Position numbers and translations under genes: made by a program. 64,000 nucleotides of DNA from an uncultured Nitrososphaerota archaeon. Lineage in GTDB: Archaea; Thermoproteota; Nitrososphaeria; Conexivisphaerales; DTJL01. Positions within the stretch are counted from its first letter, which is position 1. Each line of letters opens with the position of its first letter. Of this stretch, positions 1 to 9,688 are shown one piece after another. Where the stretch lies: contig CAWJIE010000004.1 in NCBI GenBank assembly GCA_963842885.1, positions 192,001 to 256,000 on the forward strand. Direction: 5' to 3'. The notes beneath the pieces were generated by a model. It had not been told where the DNA came from, ran no database searches, and saw only the letters and a list, made by a program, of their open reading frames with translations.

Positions 1-1
1 A

Positions 2-490
2 GGACCCTGCATCTATTCCAGCGTCATACTCGGAGGTGTTCTGGCGCGGGCGTTGGAGGCCAAAGACACCAGCGAAGCTGGCCTGTGGGGATACAACGTG
101 GAATACATGCGGTTCTACGGCTTTCAGATGGCGAGCTTCGAAATCCTCAGGGCCTACCTTCAGACTCTTACCAACAAGCAAATCAGCTACGGAATGAAGC
201 ACTTCCTGTCCGAGGAGGACGTGGCGCACATTACTAGGCGGCAGCATCCCGAATTCGACAGGCTGAGGATGTTCAACCCCATGATGTGGCTCAGAATCCT
301 GAGCGAGCCAGCCCTGGCCAGCAACTTGAGGTTCACGGCCAAGAAGAGCGAGTCGCTAATAGCTCATAACCTGAGGTATCCGGAGAAGCCGGCGGGCTGG
401 CTTGAGTGGAAGAAAGGCCTGGTCAGGGAGATGAACGAGGCGTTCAGGAGATTCCAGGTCAAAGAGATCACCGGGACTCCGATCGCCTGA
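2..490 (+). CDS. Digeranylgeranylglycerophospholipid (geranylgeranyl) reductase family, C-terminal part (5'-truncated by window)
   Basis: Frame is open from base 2 (GPCIYSSVILGGVLARALEAKDTSEAGLWGYNVEYMRFYG...LRAYLQTLTNKQISYGMK...YPEKPAGWLEW) and resembles the C-terminus of crenarchaeal GGR. Confidence 0.7.
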   Translation, partial: GPCIYSSVILGGVLARALEAKDTSEAGLWGYNVEYMRFYGFQMASFEILRAYLQTLTNKQISYGMKHFLSEEDVAHITRRQHPEFDRLRMFNPMMWLRILSEPALASNLRFTAKKSESLIAHNLRYPEKPAGWLEWKKGLVREMNEAFRRFQVKEITGTPIA

Positions 491-523
491 ACGGGCTGGA
501 GCGTGCTCGCTGGTGCGTAAAGG

Positions 524-1435
524 TTGCTCAGACGCATTGACTTGAAAGGCGAGGCCCTGGACCTCGACTACACGTTCGAATCCGGGCAGATCTTCCAGTG
601 GAGGAAGGCGGACGGCTGGTGGCTGGGGCTGGTCGACCTCCATGCGACGCTTCTAAAGACTGAGGGTGGTTCGCTCCTGTTCAGGTCAGAACATGGCTTG
701 TCAGAGGACGCGTTGCGAAGGTTCCTCAGCCTGGACATCCGGCACGACGAACTCGCAGGAGGGAGATTCATCGATGAATTCTCCCACTCCCTGCTTCGGA
801 AGTACAGAGGGTTGAGGATCCTGCGGCAGGACCCTTGGGCCTGCCTTGTCACCTACATGATCTCCGCTAGCCTCAGCATCAAGGCCATAGACAAGGTGCT
901 GGGCAGCATCGCATCTCCGGCCAAGGAGGTGAGAGTGGGTGGGCACTTTCTCAACGCCTTTCCCGGCCCTAGGGAGTTTCTGCGCATGCGGAGACCCCGG
1001 AGAGGTTACCTTGGCAGGAAATGGGGCTATCTGAGGGGCGCCGCGAGAAGCGTCGCGGCTGGGGGGCTTGACTTGGGCGATCTCAGGGCTTTCTCCTATG
1101 ATGAAGCATGGAGGTCTCTTGTCATCACAGAACAGGGCCACATCCTGGGGGTCGGCCCGAAAGTGGCTGACTGCGTTCTCCTTTTTTCGCTGGACAAGCT
1201 TGAGGCCTTCCCCTTGGACAGATGGATACTGCGCGGGCTGCGGCGGCACTACGACTGGCTGGTGCCGGAAAGGACGGCGCTCAAGCTGAAGAACAAGGGA
1301 GAGACCCTCACTCGCAGGGAATATGAAGAGATATCCAGCAACGCGAGATCGTATTTCGGCGACTTGGGTGGGCTGATACAGGAGTGCCTATTCCTCCACA
1401 TGAGGACGGCGACGCCTATGCGGCCTTCGGCTTAA
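524..1435 (+). CDS. ogg: 8-oxoguanine DNA glycosylase, Ogg1-type (HhH-GPD)
   Basis: LDLDYTFESGQIFQW N-terminus, GLRILRQDPW, HhH motif GVGPKVADCVLLFSLDKLEAFPLD. Confidence 0.85.
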   Translation: MLRRIDLKGEALDLDYTFESGQIFQWRKADGWWLGLVDLHATLLKTEGGSLLFRSEHGLSEDALRRFLSLDIRHDELAGGRFIDEFSHSLLRKYRGLRILRQDPWACLVTYMISASLSIKAIDKVLGSIASPAKEVRVGGHFLNAFPGPREFLRMRRPRRGYLGRKWGYLRGAARSVAAGGLDLGDLRAFSYDEAWRSLVITEQGHILGVGPKVADCVLLFSLDKLEAFPLDRWILRGLRRHYDWLVPERTALKLKNKGETLTRREYEEISSNARSYFGDLGGLIQECLFLHMRTATPMRPSA

Positions 1436-2132
1436 TCGATTCCAGCAGCTTCACGTTCTGCTCGTGAGAGGTCTTCCGCCTGTTGTCCACGCGAAGCCCA
1501 GATTGCAGCGCTCGGCTTTTGGTTACGCCAGCCGCTCGGAGCTCGGCGTACGAGAAGCCCTTAGCTTCCCTTTGCTTCACATCTCCCCCGTACGCGAACA
1601 TCACCATGGGAGCGGCCTTGCTCTTGATGGGCGCTGGTTTGGGCTTCGACACTCTTACGGCCTTTGGAACCACGACCTTCTTGACCTTGGGAGCCGGCTT
1701 CGGAACCACGACGGCCTCCTGGGGCGCCTTGCTTGGCGTCTCCTTCGTGACTGTCACGGTCGCCGCAACTGGCTTCGCCGCGACGGGCTTAGCCACGCGT
1801 TCGGTGACCTTGGGCTTCTCGGCAGGCTTGGGGGCCTCGGGAATGAGTTTCTCCTGCTTCGGTGCTGGGGAGGCCTTCGTCCTAGGCTTCGCAGCAGCCT
1901 TCTTCGCACTCACCTTCGTCACCTTCGTCACCTTCGTCACCTTCGGGGCGGCTTTCTCGGCGGCCTCCTCGACCCTGGCCGAGGCCTTGGCCCTGGTGAC
2001 CCTCTTCGTGGCCTTCGCCGGTGCCTTCTTGGGCACCGTGGCCTTCTTCACACGGGCTTCCTTTTCGACCTTGGCAGGCTTCTTCGCCTTCCTCTTCGAA
2101 GGCGTCTTCTTAGCGGACTTGTCTTCACTCAA
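1416..2132 (-). CDS. rpl13e: Ribosomal protein eL13 (L13e) with long Lys/Ala/Pro-rich N-terminal extension
   Basis: C-terminal REAKGFSYAELRAAGVTKSRALQSGLRVDNRRKTSHEQNVKLL matches the archaeal L13e signature; the first ~170 aa are low complexity. Confidence 0.8.
   Translation of the reverse strand: MSEDKSAKKTPSKRKAKKPAKVEKEARVKKATVPKKAPAKATKRVTRAKASARVEEAAEKAAPKVTKVTKVTKVSAKKAAAKPRTKASPAPKQEKLIPEAPKPAEKPKVTERVAKPVAAKPVAATVTVTKETPSKAPQEAVVVPKPAPKVKKVVVPKAVRVSKPKPAPIKSKAAPMVMFAYGGDVKQREAKGFSYAELRAAGVTKSRALQSGLRVDNRRKTSHEQNVKLLESIKPKAA
1911..1946. repeat. 9-bp tandem repeat (CACCTTCGT)x3 plus a variant, encoding KVT repeats in the eL13 extension
   Basis: caccttcgt caccttcgt caccttcgt caccttcgg read directly. 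Confidence 0.85.
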
Positions 2133-2213
2133 TGCAATTCATCAGTAACTAACCGTGTTACGGCGGATAGGCTTTACCGATTACCATATAAAAACGCTTT
2201 CCAATGTAACGGG

Positions 2214-2636
2214 ATGAAGTTGATTCAGGCGCCAAAGGAGCTCAGAATCAAGAGAGATGACTTGGCCTCCATCCTGCTTCAGGGCAGAGAAGAGTTACCC
2301 TTGGAGTCTTGCGGCCTAATGGTAGGGAAGAGGGATGGAGTTTCATGCCTCTGCGACCATATCCTTCCCACCGAGAACATCGACAAGTCCCCCCGTTCCT
2401 TCACGATCGCCCCTGAGGAGCTCTTGGAAGGTTATCGCCACGCCGACAGGATCGGCATGGAGCTCGTGGGCATCTACCATTCTCATCCCGCCCGGCCAGC
2501 GCCTTCTCAAGTTGACATCGGGTTCATGAAATGGAGTGCGCCGGTCTGGCTCATCGTCTCAAGCCTGAACTGGGAATATGCCGCATTCAGGTTGGACGGC
2601 GAGCGCCCAACGAAGGTCGACGTCACGCTGCTCTAG
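2214..2636 (+). CDS. JAMM/MPN+ (M67) metalloprotease, desampylase-like
   Basis: ESCGLMVG and GIYHSHPARPAPSQVD JAMM motif; ATG at 2214 follows an AT-rich box (TATAAAAA ~2187); the upstream part of the listed ORF is an antisense shadow of rpl13e. Confidence 0.85.
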   Translation: MKLIQAPKELRIKRDDLASILLQGREELPLESCGLMVGKRDGVSCLCDHILPTENIDKSPRSFTIAPEELLEGYRHADRIGMELVGIYHSHPARPAPSQVDIGFMKWSAPVWLIVSSLNWEYAAFRLDGERPTKVDVTLL

Positions 2637-2676
2637 CCAACCTTTTATCCTCAATGACGGGCTACCCCAAGGGGAG

Positions 2677-3230
2677 TTGATCGAAAATAAGAGCCATGGT
2701 GGAATCGCAGGGACTTCAGGAAGCTCTTTGACGACCTTGACAAGGAGCCGGAGGACATTCTCGAGATGTTTGAGAAGACCTTGAAGTCGTTCGAGAATTT
2801 TCCCGCGGACAGCGAGTTCGAAGGCTCATTCTTCTACGGGTTCTCCATAACGCAGGGACCTGAAGGCAAGCCCGTCATCAGGGAATTTGGAAACGTCAAG
2901 CCGTCTGGTCGTTCCATCTCCAGGTCGGACACTCGTGAACCCCTGGTGGACACGGTGTACGACCGCAAGCACAATGAAGTCAGAGTGGTGGTCGACATGC
3001 CCGGGGTCGACCCAAGGGAAGTCGTAATCTCCATTCACCAGCGTAGTGTCCGCGTACGTGCCTCCGACGGCGACCGAAGATACGAAACGAGCGTCCCGCT
3101 CGACGTCCCCGTCGAAGGGAAGCTCCTCAGGAAGACCTTCAATAACGGCGTCTTGGAGCTGACCTTGCGGGCCAAGCCCTTGCGCCGAGGTCGCAAGGGC
3201 CCGCGAACTGGAGCCGTTCCGTCTTCGTAG
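2677..3230 (+). CDS. Small heat shock protein Hsp20 (archaeal type); probable frameshift near 2688
   Basis: FYGFSITQGPEGKPVIREFGNVKP, REPLVD, VDMPGVD, FNNGVLE; in-frame EPWWNRRDFRKLFDDLDKE upstream of 2766 is cut by TAA at 2688-2690. Confidence 0.85.
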
Positions 3231-3279
3231 CGATAACCTTTTTATCGGGAGCTCGTGGAGCTTCAAACCGGTCCCGCGT

Positions 3280-3461
3280 CCCGCGGTAAGAACCTCCCTT
3301 CAGGGGGCTCCCGCAGGCTCAGCCTGGTAGAGCTTCCGACATGAGCGGTTGCGACCGTTCGTGGGAGATGCTGTAGTGGTTGGCTGTGGCTGACCCGTCC
3401 AGCCTGCCAGGCCTACACAGAAACCGGAGTGTCGCAGGCTCAAATCCTGCCCGCGGGACCA
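3280..3461 (+). tRNA. tRNA-Tyr(GUA) with three introns: 9/10 (3289-3316), 30/31 (3339-3369), 37/38 (3377-3422); CCA encoded
   Basis: Acceptor CCCGCGG/CCGCGGG-A-CCA, D stem GCTC/GAGC, anticodon stem TCCGG/CCGGA, loop CTGTAGA, T stem GCAGG/CCTGC; each intron has a 4-bp central helix flanked by 3-nt bulges. Confidence 0.9.
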
Positions 3462-3512
3462 ACATAGCTCCCTAGGCTGGGCCACGATTCGAAAGGCGAG
3501 GTCAAAGGGTGG

Positions 3513-4133
3513 TCAGGAGATGACCAGAAAGACGAAGATGAGCTCGTCAAAAAGGACGTGCGAAACCAGGACGGGGAAGAGGTTTCCCAGCCTGTTGAAC
3601 ATATATCCCCAGAAGAGGCCACCGATGAGCGCCACCAGCATCAGGGAGGGGTTGAAGGTGGAGACGTGAATCATAGTGTATAGAGCGCTCGTCAACAGTA
3701 AGGCCATGTTCGGCGAAACTGTGGTGTTGAGGTGCCGCTGAATGAATCCCCTCCAATACAGCTCCTCAGAGGGGCCGATGGGGAAGAGGAGGGCGGCCGA
3801 TATGAAAGTGATGGGTGTGCTTCCTCGGAGCTGGTACACCCAGTTGACCTGCTGCGAGAAACCGGCGAAGCCCTTGACGATCTGGAACCCTCCCCAGAAG
3901 AAGGCGTAGATGAGCAGAGCGCATGCGACGCCTATCAGAAGGTCTTTCGCCGTGACCCTGATCTTCATTGAAGAGAAGCGGATGAGCGAGAGGGAGAGGA
4001 GTATCAGCGCTGACACCGTTATCATGGGCCAGAAACCTCCGAGCACGGGGTCGTTGAAGAGGAAGAACCAGAGGACGAAGGGCACGGGGAGGGTCAACAC
4101 TTCATAGCTAATCTTCATGGTTCTCCCCACCAA
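3513..4133 (-). CDS. CPBP (CAAX/Abi) family intramembrane protease
   Basis: EELYWRG motif, YTMIH, SHVLFD, multiple hydrophobic helices. Confidence 0.85.
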   Translation of the reverse strand: MVGRTMKISYEVLTLPVPFVLWFFLFNDPVLGGFWPMITVSALILLSLSLIRFSSMKIRVTAKDLLIGVACALLIYAFFWGGFQIVKGFAGFSQQVNWVYQLRGSTPITFISAALLFPIGPSEELYWRGFIQRHLNTTVSPNMALLLTSALYTMIHVSTFNPSLMLVALIGGLFWGYMFNRLGNLFPVLVSHVLFDELIFVFLVIS

Positions 4134-4159
4134 GGTCCTCCGGTGCAGTGTTCAATAAA

Positions 4160-5077
4160 CTATCGTGATGAAAAGATTCTCCCTGTCTTCTGGTTGTTCG
4201 CCACGGAGGTCCAGTTCTCCTCAATCGCCGCCATGAACCTCTCCCTTTCATCCTCGGTCATCTTGGCGAACCTTCCTTGGGCCTTCAGGTAGAGTTCGAT
4301 GGGCTTCCGTCTCTCCTTGTTGACGAAGGGCAGGCTGGGCGTAGACAGCCTGTAAACGCCGTCTTCCACTTCGTAAACTATCCAGGAGCCGGTCTGGACG
4401 GCGAGGCGACCCACCTCTATGGTCTTCTCCGAAGAGAACTTCCAACCCGGAGGACAGGGGGCGTGCAGATGGATGTACTTGAAGCCTTGAATCCTAGCAG
4501 CCTTCTGTAGCTTCTCCGCAAAGTCGAGTGGGAAGGCCACGCTAGCAGTGGCCACGTATGGCACGTGGTGCATCATCATTATGGAGGGGAGGTCCTTCTT
4601 GCCCTCTATCTTGCCGGTGACGGTGGTCGTTGTCCAGGCCCCGATGGGGGTCGAGCTGCTCCGCTGTATCCCCGTGTTCATGTAGGCCTCGTTGTCATAG
4701 CAGACGTAGATGATGTTCGCGTTCCTCTCGGCAGCCCCGCTGAGCGACGCCATGCCTATGTCCGAAGTGGCCCCGTCGCCTGCCCACACCAGAACGCTGA
4801 CGTCCTTCACGCCCCTCTGCTCCAGCGCCGCAGCTACGCCAGATGCGCTAGATGACGCGGCAGCGAAAGCTATGTTGAGGAGCGGCACGCGGGCTGATGT
4901 CTTGGGGAAGGAGCCCTGGATGATGGTGGCGCAGCCTGCGGGCACCACCATGATGGTCTTTGGCCCCAGCGCCTTCAGAGCGATGCGCAAGCCGACGGCG
5001 GCAGGGCAGCCGTGGCATGAGGGGTTGCCGCCCAGCCAGTACTCCTCGTTGGGAAGGTCCTTGATCTTCAATACCAT
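4160..5077 (-). CDS. porB: 2-oxoacid (pyruvate-type):ferredoxin oxidoreductase beta subunit
   Basis: SCHGC, GDGATSDIG TPP motif, YDNEAYMNTGIQRSSSTP, APCPPGW. Confidence 0.9.
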   Translation of the reverse strand: MVLKIKDLPNEEYWLGGNPSCHGCPAAVGLRIALKALGPKTIMVVPAGCATIIQGSFPKTSARVPLLNIAFAAASSSASGVAAALEQRGVKDVSVLVWAGDGATSDIGMASLSGAAERNANIIYVCYDNEAYMNTGIQRSSSTPIGAWTTTTVTGKIEGKKDLPSIMMMHHVPYVATASVAFPLDFAEKLQKAARIQGFKYIHLHAPCPPGWKFSSEKTIEVGRLAVQTGSWIVYEVEDGVYRLSTPSLPFVNKERRKPIELYLKAQGRFAKMTEDERERFMAAIEENWTSVANNQKTGRIFSSR

Positions 5078-6257
5078 TACAGTATCTCCTCCCTGAGCTC
5101 AACCCATTCGTCTTGGCCCTCCTCGACCGACCTCGTGGTGACCAGCATGGCCTTCTTGACGTCCTCGACAGTGATGTCTCTGCCGCCCAGCCCAGCGATG
5201 AAACCTTTGACTTGAGGGGGTCTTCTGAGCCCGTAGAGGGCAGAGGTGAGTTCCGCGCGAATAATGCCGCCGAGTCCCAGAGAGATGTCCCTGTCTATGA
5301 CCGCCACGCCCTTTAGGTTGCCCAGGGCTGAGCGAAGAGCATCCTTGGGGAAGGGCCGTAGGACCCTGATCCTCGCCACGCCCGCGTCAATACCCTGCGA
5401 CCTCAACTGGTCGACGGCCTCTTTCGCTTCGCCCGCATGAGCCCCGGCGGCCACCACGGCATACTTGGCATCCTCCATGCGGTAGAGCTCGACCAGCCCG
5501 CCGTAGGACCTGCCGAAAGCTTCCTGGAACTTCCTGTCCACCTCGACTATCTTGCTCTCGGCCTTCTTCATCGCTTCCTCGAGCGAGATACCGGAACTCC
5601 ATGTGTCCATTCGGGGTAGGCCAGGTTCCCCATGGTCTTCGGCTCGTCAGTGTCCAGGAGGAAGCCTGGGACGCGGTTCTTCGGGAGGAAGGAATCGACC
5701 GCCTCCTGGTCGGGGACGTCGACGGGCACGGCCGTATGCGACACGATGAAAGCGTCGAGTCCGATCATGGCCGGCAGCAGGACGTCCGGGTCCTCCGCGA
5801 TCATGTAGGCCTGGATGACGCTGTCGAGGGCCTCTTGGTTGGTCTGCACCATCAAGGTGATCCAGCCTGTGTCCCTCTGGGCGAGGATGTCCGTGTGTTC
5901 CGACCATATCCCCCACGGAGGGCCGATGGACCGCGTTATCACGGCCATGACCATGGGGAGCCTTGCATAGCCGGCCCAGAAGACCATCTCGTTCATGAAC
6001 AGCAGGCCATGAGAGGAGGTCGCCGTGAAACAGCGTGCCCCGGCGGAGGCCCCGCCGACGCAGGCTGCCAGGGCGCTATGCTCCGATTCGACCCTCACCA
6101 GCTTGGCCCTGAGTTTGTCGGTGTCGACCAGTTCTGACAGCTTCTCTACGACGGAGGTCTGGGGCGTGATGGGATAGGCGGAGACGAGCTCCACCCGGGA
6201 AAGCGCTGCGCCATATGCGATGGCGTAGTTCCCCGACATGACCTTGTATTTGGGCAA
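5077..6257 (-). CDS. porA: 2-oxoacid:ferredoxin oxidoreductase alpha subunit (frameshift ~5605)
   Basis: AYPITPQT, VESEHSA, TATSSHGLL in 5568-6257; RIRVLRPFP and GLGGRDIT in 5077-5610. Confidence 0.9.
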
Positions 6258-6260
6258 CTC

Positions 6261-6521
6261 TCACCCCTCCTTGACCATCGTTATCGCCTTGGGCGGGCAC
6301 TCGTTCATGCAGATGCCGCAGCCCTTGCAGTATTGGTAGTCGATGTAGACGACCTTTTCGCCGCGCCGAATGGAGCCCTCAGGGCAGTATATCCAGCAGA
6401 AGAGGCAGTTGATACACTTCGACTCGTCGAGAACGGGCTTCTCCGTCCTCCAGCTGCTGGTGTCGCCACCGGAGCCGAGCGTCGGGGTCGAGAACGGGAC
6501 GGCCTTGATTTTCAGTGTCAA
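6261..6521 (-). CDS. porD: 2-oxoacid:ferredoxin oxidoreductase delta subunit (2x[4Fe-4S])
   Basis: TSSWRTEKP, CINCLFCWIYCP, YCKGCGICMNECP; TTG start overlaps the porG stop. Confidence 0.9.
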   Translation of the reverse strand: MTLKIKAVPFSTPTLGSGGDTSSWRTEKPVLDESKCINCLFCWIYCPEGSIRRGEKVVYIDYQYCKGCGICMNECPPKAITMVKEG

Positions 6522-7085
6522 ATGGTCTTCGTCACATCCAAGAGCGTGAGATCGTAGGCCGTCCGTAGGGCGCTGCAGTTCTTCTCGCCCACCTCGCCCT
6601 TCCACGTGTCGGCGGTGGCCTGGAGCGCCGACTCCAACGAGGCCACACCGGTGGCCCTAATGACGGCGCCCACCATCGAAGCGTTGACGAATGGAAAGCC
6701 GGATATCACAAGCCCGTTATCCAGACGCAATCTTCGTCGCGTCGACGGCCAGCACCCGGAACTTCGCGTGTGGGGACCCTGGGGCATGAGGGGCGTTGAG
6801 GATGAGGAGACCCCCTTCCTTGAGTCCTGCCGTGACGTCCACTGTCTTCATCAGGTTGGGCTCGAAGACGGCCACTACATCGGGGTTGCTGGACTGTCCG
6901 TGGATTCGCACGGGGGAGTCGGAGATGCGCACTGTCGCAGAGACCGCCGCTCCCCTCCTCTCGGCTCCGAAGTATGGAGTGCTCTGCCCCCACTTCCCTT
7001 CGCGAAGGACGGCGTTGACGATGAGCTCGGCGGCGGTGACGATCCCCTGACCGCCCCGACCATAGAGCCGGATCTCAAGCAGCAA
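6518..7085 (-). CDS. porG: 2-oxoacid:ferredoxin oxidoreductase gamma subunit (frameshift ~6725)
   Basis: EIRLYGRGGQGIVTAA, FGAERRGA, VDATKIA then PFVNASMVGA in the next frame. Confidence 0.88.
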
Positions 7086-7217
7086 TCCGCGTTACCTGTC
7101 CCATGAGGGGCTGATGGATATATAAGCCCTCTAGGAATCCGGAGCAATACATACGAGGCTTAGCTTGAACCAACGCCACATGGCGAATTCGTTGATGGGT
7201 GTCTTGCCGACTCTCTG

Positions 7218-7420
7218 TCAGTGTCCGAAAGTGATATCCGCCGGCTCGAAGTCCTGAAGCCTTCCATGGTTGTACTCGTCGTATGCGCTCAGGTCGAGAA
7301 GGCCGTGGCCGCTCAGATTGAAGAAGATGGTCTTCTTCTCTCCCGTCCTCTTGCATTCCAAAGCCTCGTCGATGGCCACCCTGATGGCATGTGAAGACTC
7401 CGGGGCTGGGATGATGCCTA
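7218..7420 (-). pseudogene. trpB2: C-terminal remnant of TrpB2 (stand-alone tryptophan synthase beta)
   Basis: [49 protein letters not shown]; only ~200 bp separate it from the proline dehydrogenase gene, too little for the rest of the protein. Confidence 0.8.
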
Positions 7421-7601
7421 TTATTGTACGCCATCTCCTTGTTTGGGTGACCCCGATTAGGTGGTCTGAATCCAGGCTCATTTCCCGTCGTTGCATGGTC
7501 GCCCACCGTCTCCTCCTCTTATTCTTGGGGCTCGAGGACCCCAAATTCGGCGCGGTTGGTGACGAATCAAGCGTGTAGATTTCGTGGTGACGTACTCGGC
7601 A

Positions 7602-8455
7602 TCAGCCTGAAATGAGGGACCTGAAGAGCAGGAGTATGTTCCGTCTTCCTCTCCTTCATCCTCCTCATTCCGTAAGGAAACCAGTTGGCGCCATAGGGGA
7701 GGTAGACGGAGAGGCTGTAGCCCTCGCTGAGAAGCTTCCTTCCCAGCTCCTCCCTGACCCCTCTGAGCATCTGGAACTCGAAGTTCGAAGCGGTCGCCGC
7801 CGGCGAGGCCCTTCGCCTCGTCTTGGAGCTTGTCGTCATGAGTCGCAATGGCGAAGAACGCCTTCTGGGCGAAGAGCTTCTTCATCATCCCGCTGTAGTT
7901 GTCCTTCACCTCCTTCTTGTCCTTGAACGCGACCGAAGCGGGCTCGTTGTAGGCGCCCTTGCAGAGCCTGACTTGTCCACCTTCCTTGACCAGGCGGTCG
8001 ATATCGCCGGAGGTACGCCGGAGGTACGCCTGGATGGCTATCCCCATCCGGTCATAGCCCTTGATTTCCTTCAGGTAGAGTTCTATCGTCTGCTCGGTGT
8101 AGGGCGAGCCTTCCATGTCGACCCAGAGGTATGTGCCGGACTTCTTCGCCCGCTCCACTATCGTGTGGAGGTTCTCCACAGCTCTCTCGAAGCCCATGGT
8201 CAGACCCAGCTGGGTGGGCTTGACGGAAACGCAGCCGTCGACCTTGTTCCGGTCCATCTGGTCGAAAATCGAGAGGTACTCGTTCTTGGTCTGCCCCAGC
8301 TCCTTTTCGTCCCTGATCTCCTCTCCTAGGAAATTGATGATGACCTTGAAACCGCGGCTGTTCATCTCCTTGGCGGTGGTCATGGCGTCTCCGAGGTTGG
8401 CCCCCGCGATGAAATGCTTGGCGATGGGGAGGAAAAGTCTGTCAGCAAGACCCAA
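7602..8455 (-). CDS. Monofunctional proline dehydrogenase (frameshifts ~7795 and ~7645)
   Basis: HFIAG, SVKPTQLG, VDMEGS, IQAYLRR, VRLCKGAYNE, AIATHD, FEFQMLRG, VYLPYGANWFPYGMRR. Confidence 0.9.
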
Positions 8456-8645
8456 CTGGCTTCACTGAGTCTACCGACCTAGCCGTAGCTAGAAATACTT
8501 TGCTCGGCGGAGGGAGTCGAGAAGATTCTGAACAGGTTACAAAGCACTATTTAATCCAGTGATAATCCTGGCAGAAATCCACGTCAACTGTTGCGTGGCA
8601 GGGAAAGGTTATTATGGGATTTCGCAGTATATTTCAGTGGCGACG

Positions 8646-9167
8646 GTGTTGGACAAGAAACACTTGGACAAGACCGAATTGGGCATCCTCCGAGTGCTCA
8701 TCGACAACTCGCGAGAGACTCTTTCCGCGATCTCCGAGAAGACAGATACGCCGCTGAGCACCGTCAGGAACAAGTTCAACGGGCTTGTAGCCAAGGGCGT
8801 CATAAAGGGATTCACGGCGTTCCTGGACGTCAGGAAGATGGGGATGGTGGGCGCCGTGTTCCTGATCAGATGCGGCCGCAGCTACGACAAGGTGGTTGAC
8901 GCGGTGACCTCTCATCCCAACGTCGGATGGGTCATGGAGCTGGTGGGGGAGTATGACATCATCGGCGACGCGCTTTTCATGGATATGGATGAGATCTCTG
9001 GCTTCAAGGAATGGTTAATGAAACACGACGGAGTGATGGACGTCAGGATCGAGGTCCTGAAGAACTGGGTATCGGCTCCCAGGTTCCCCGCGCGTCTAAT
9101 CGACCTGTATAGGGAAACTTACTACGCCAGCCCGGCCTCGCCGGCTACAGAGAGCAAGCCTCAGTAG
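8646..9167 (+). CDS. Lrp/AsnC family transcriptional regulator
   Basis: LDKTELGILRVLIDNSRETLSAISEKTDTPLSTVRNKFNGLVAKGVIKGF HTH; LVGEYDI RAM domain; divergent from proline dehydrogenase. Confidence 0.85.
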   Translation: MLDKKHLDKTELGILRVLIDNSRETLSAISEKTDTPLSTVRNKFNGLVAKGVIKGFTAFLDVRKMGMVGAVFLIRCGRSYDKVVDAVTSHPNVGWVMELVGEYDIIGDALFMDMDEISGFKEWLMKHDGVMDVRIEVLKNWVSAPRFPARLIDLYRETYYASPASPATESKPQ

Positions 9168-9168
9168 T

Positions 9169-9549
9169 CTAGGACGGCTTGCCCGTCATCATGTAGGTCC
9201 CGAAGGCCTTGGCGACGAGCTGGCCGCTTTCGTCTGTCACTTCACACTGGACGAAGGCGAGGTGGTCACCCATCTTGTCTACCTTTGAGGTAGCCGTCAG
9301 TATCCCCCTTCTGGCTGGCCGGACGAAGTTGATCTTGAACTCGACGGTGACCAGTGGCCTCTGCGCCGCCACCAGGCAAGCCAGACCCATTGAGTTATCC
9401 ACGAGGGTCGCGATGGCGCCACCGTGCGCTAGTCCGAGCTGGTTCAGGTGCCTCTGCTCCAGCGGGAGAGTCACGACCACCTTGTCGCCGACGACGTCGT
9501 ATCCCTCAAGGCCCACAAAGACCGCGAAGTTCGAAGGTTGGTCCGTCAT
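9169..9549 (-). CDS. PaaI family thioesterase (hotdog fold)
   Basis: HLNQLGLAHGGAIATLVD, TVEFKINFVRPA. Confidence 0.9.
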   Translation of the reverse strand: MTDQPSNFAVFVGLEGYDVVGDKVVVTLPLEQRHLNQLGLAHGGAIATLVDNSMGLACLVAAQRPLVTVEFKINFVRPARRGILTATSKVDKMGDHLAFVQCEVTDESGQLVAKAFGTYMMTGKPS

Positions 9550-9688
9550 GAGATTACGAGGTTTTGCCCAATTAGCCTAGAATAAAAGCATATGCGGAAT
9601 CGGATTCTCGGGTTCCGGCGCCAGTTCACAATTGACGCATGAGGTTCTTGAAAATCATATATATCGTCAGAGCGGAGAAAGGCGAGGC

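Noticed and set aside
1464-2213. Long plus-strand ORF extensions (1464-2636 N-terminal part; 1483-2148)
   Set aside because: Antisense shadows of the low-complexity rpl13e gene; only 2214-2636 has a recognisable (JAMM) domain
3377-3422. Nested (intron-within-intron) structure in the canonical tRNA-Tyr intron
   Set aside because: An internal TGGC/GCCA helix exists but the bulge geometry is imperfect; a single 46-nt intron explains the sequence
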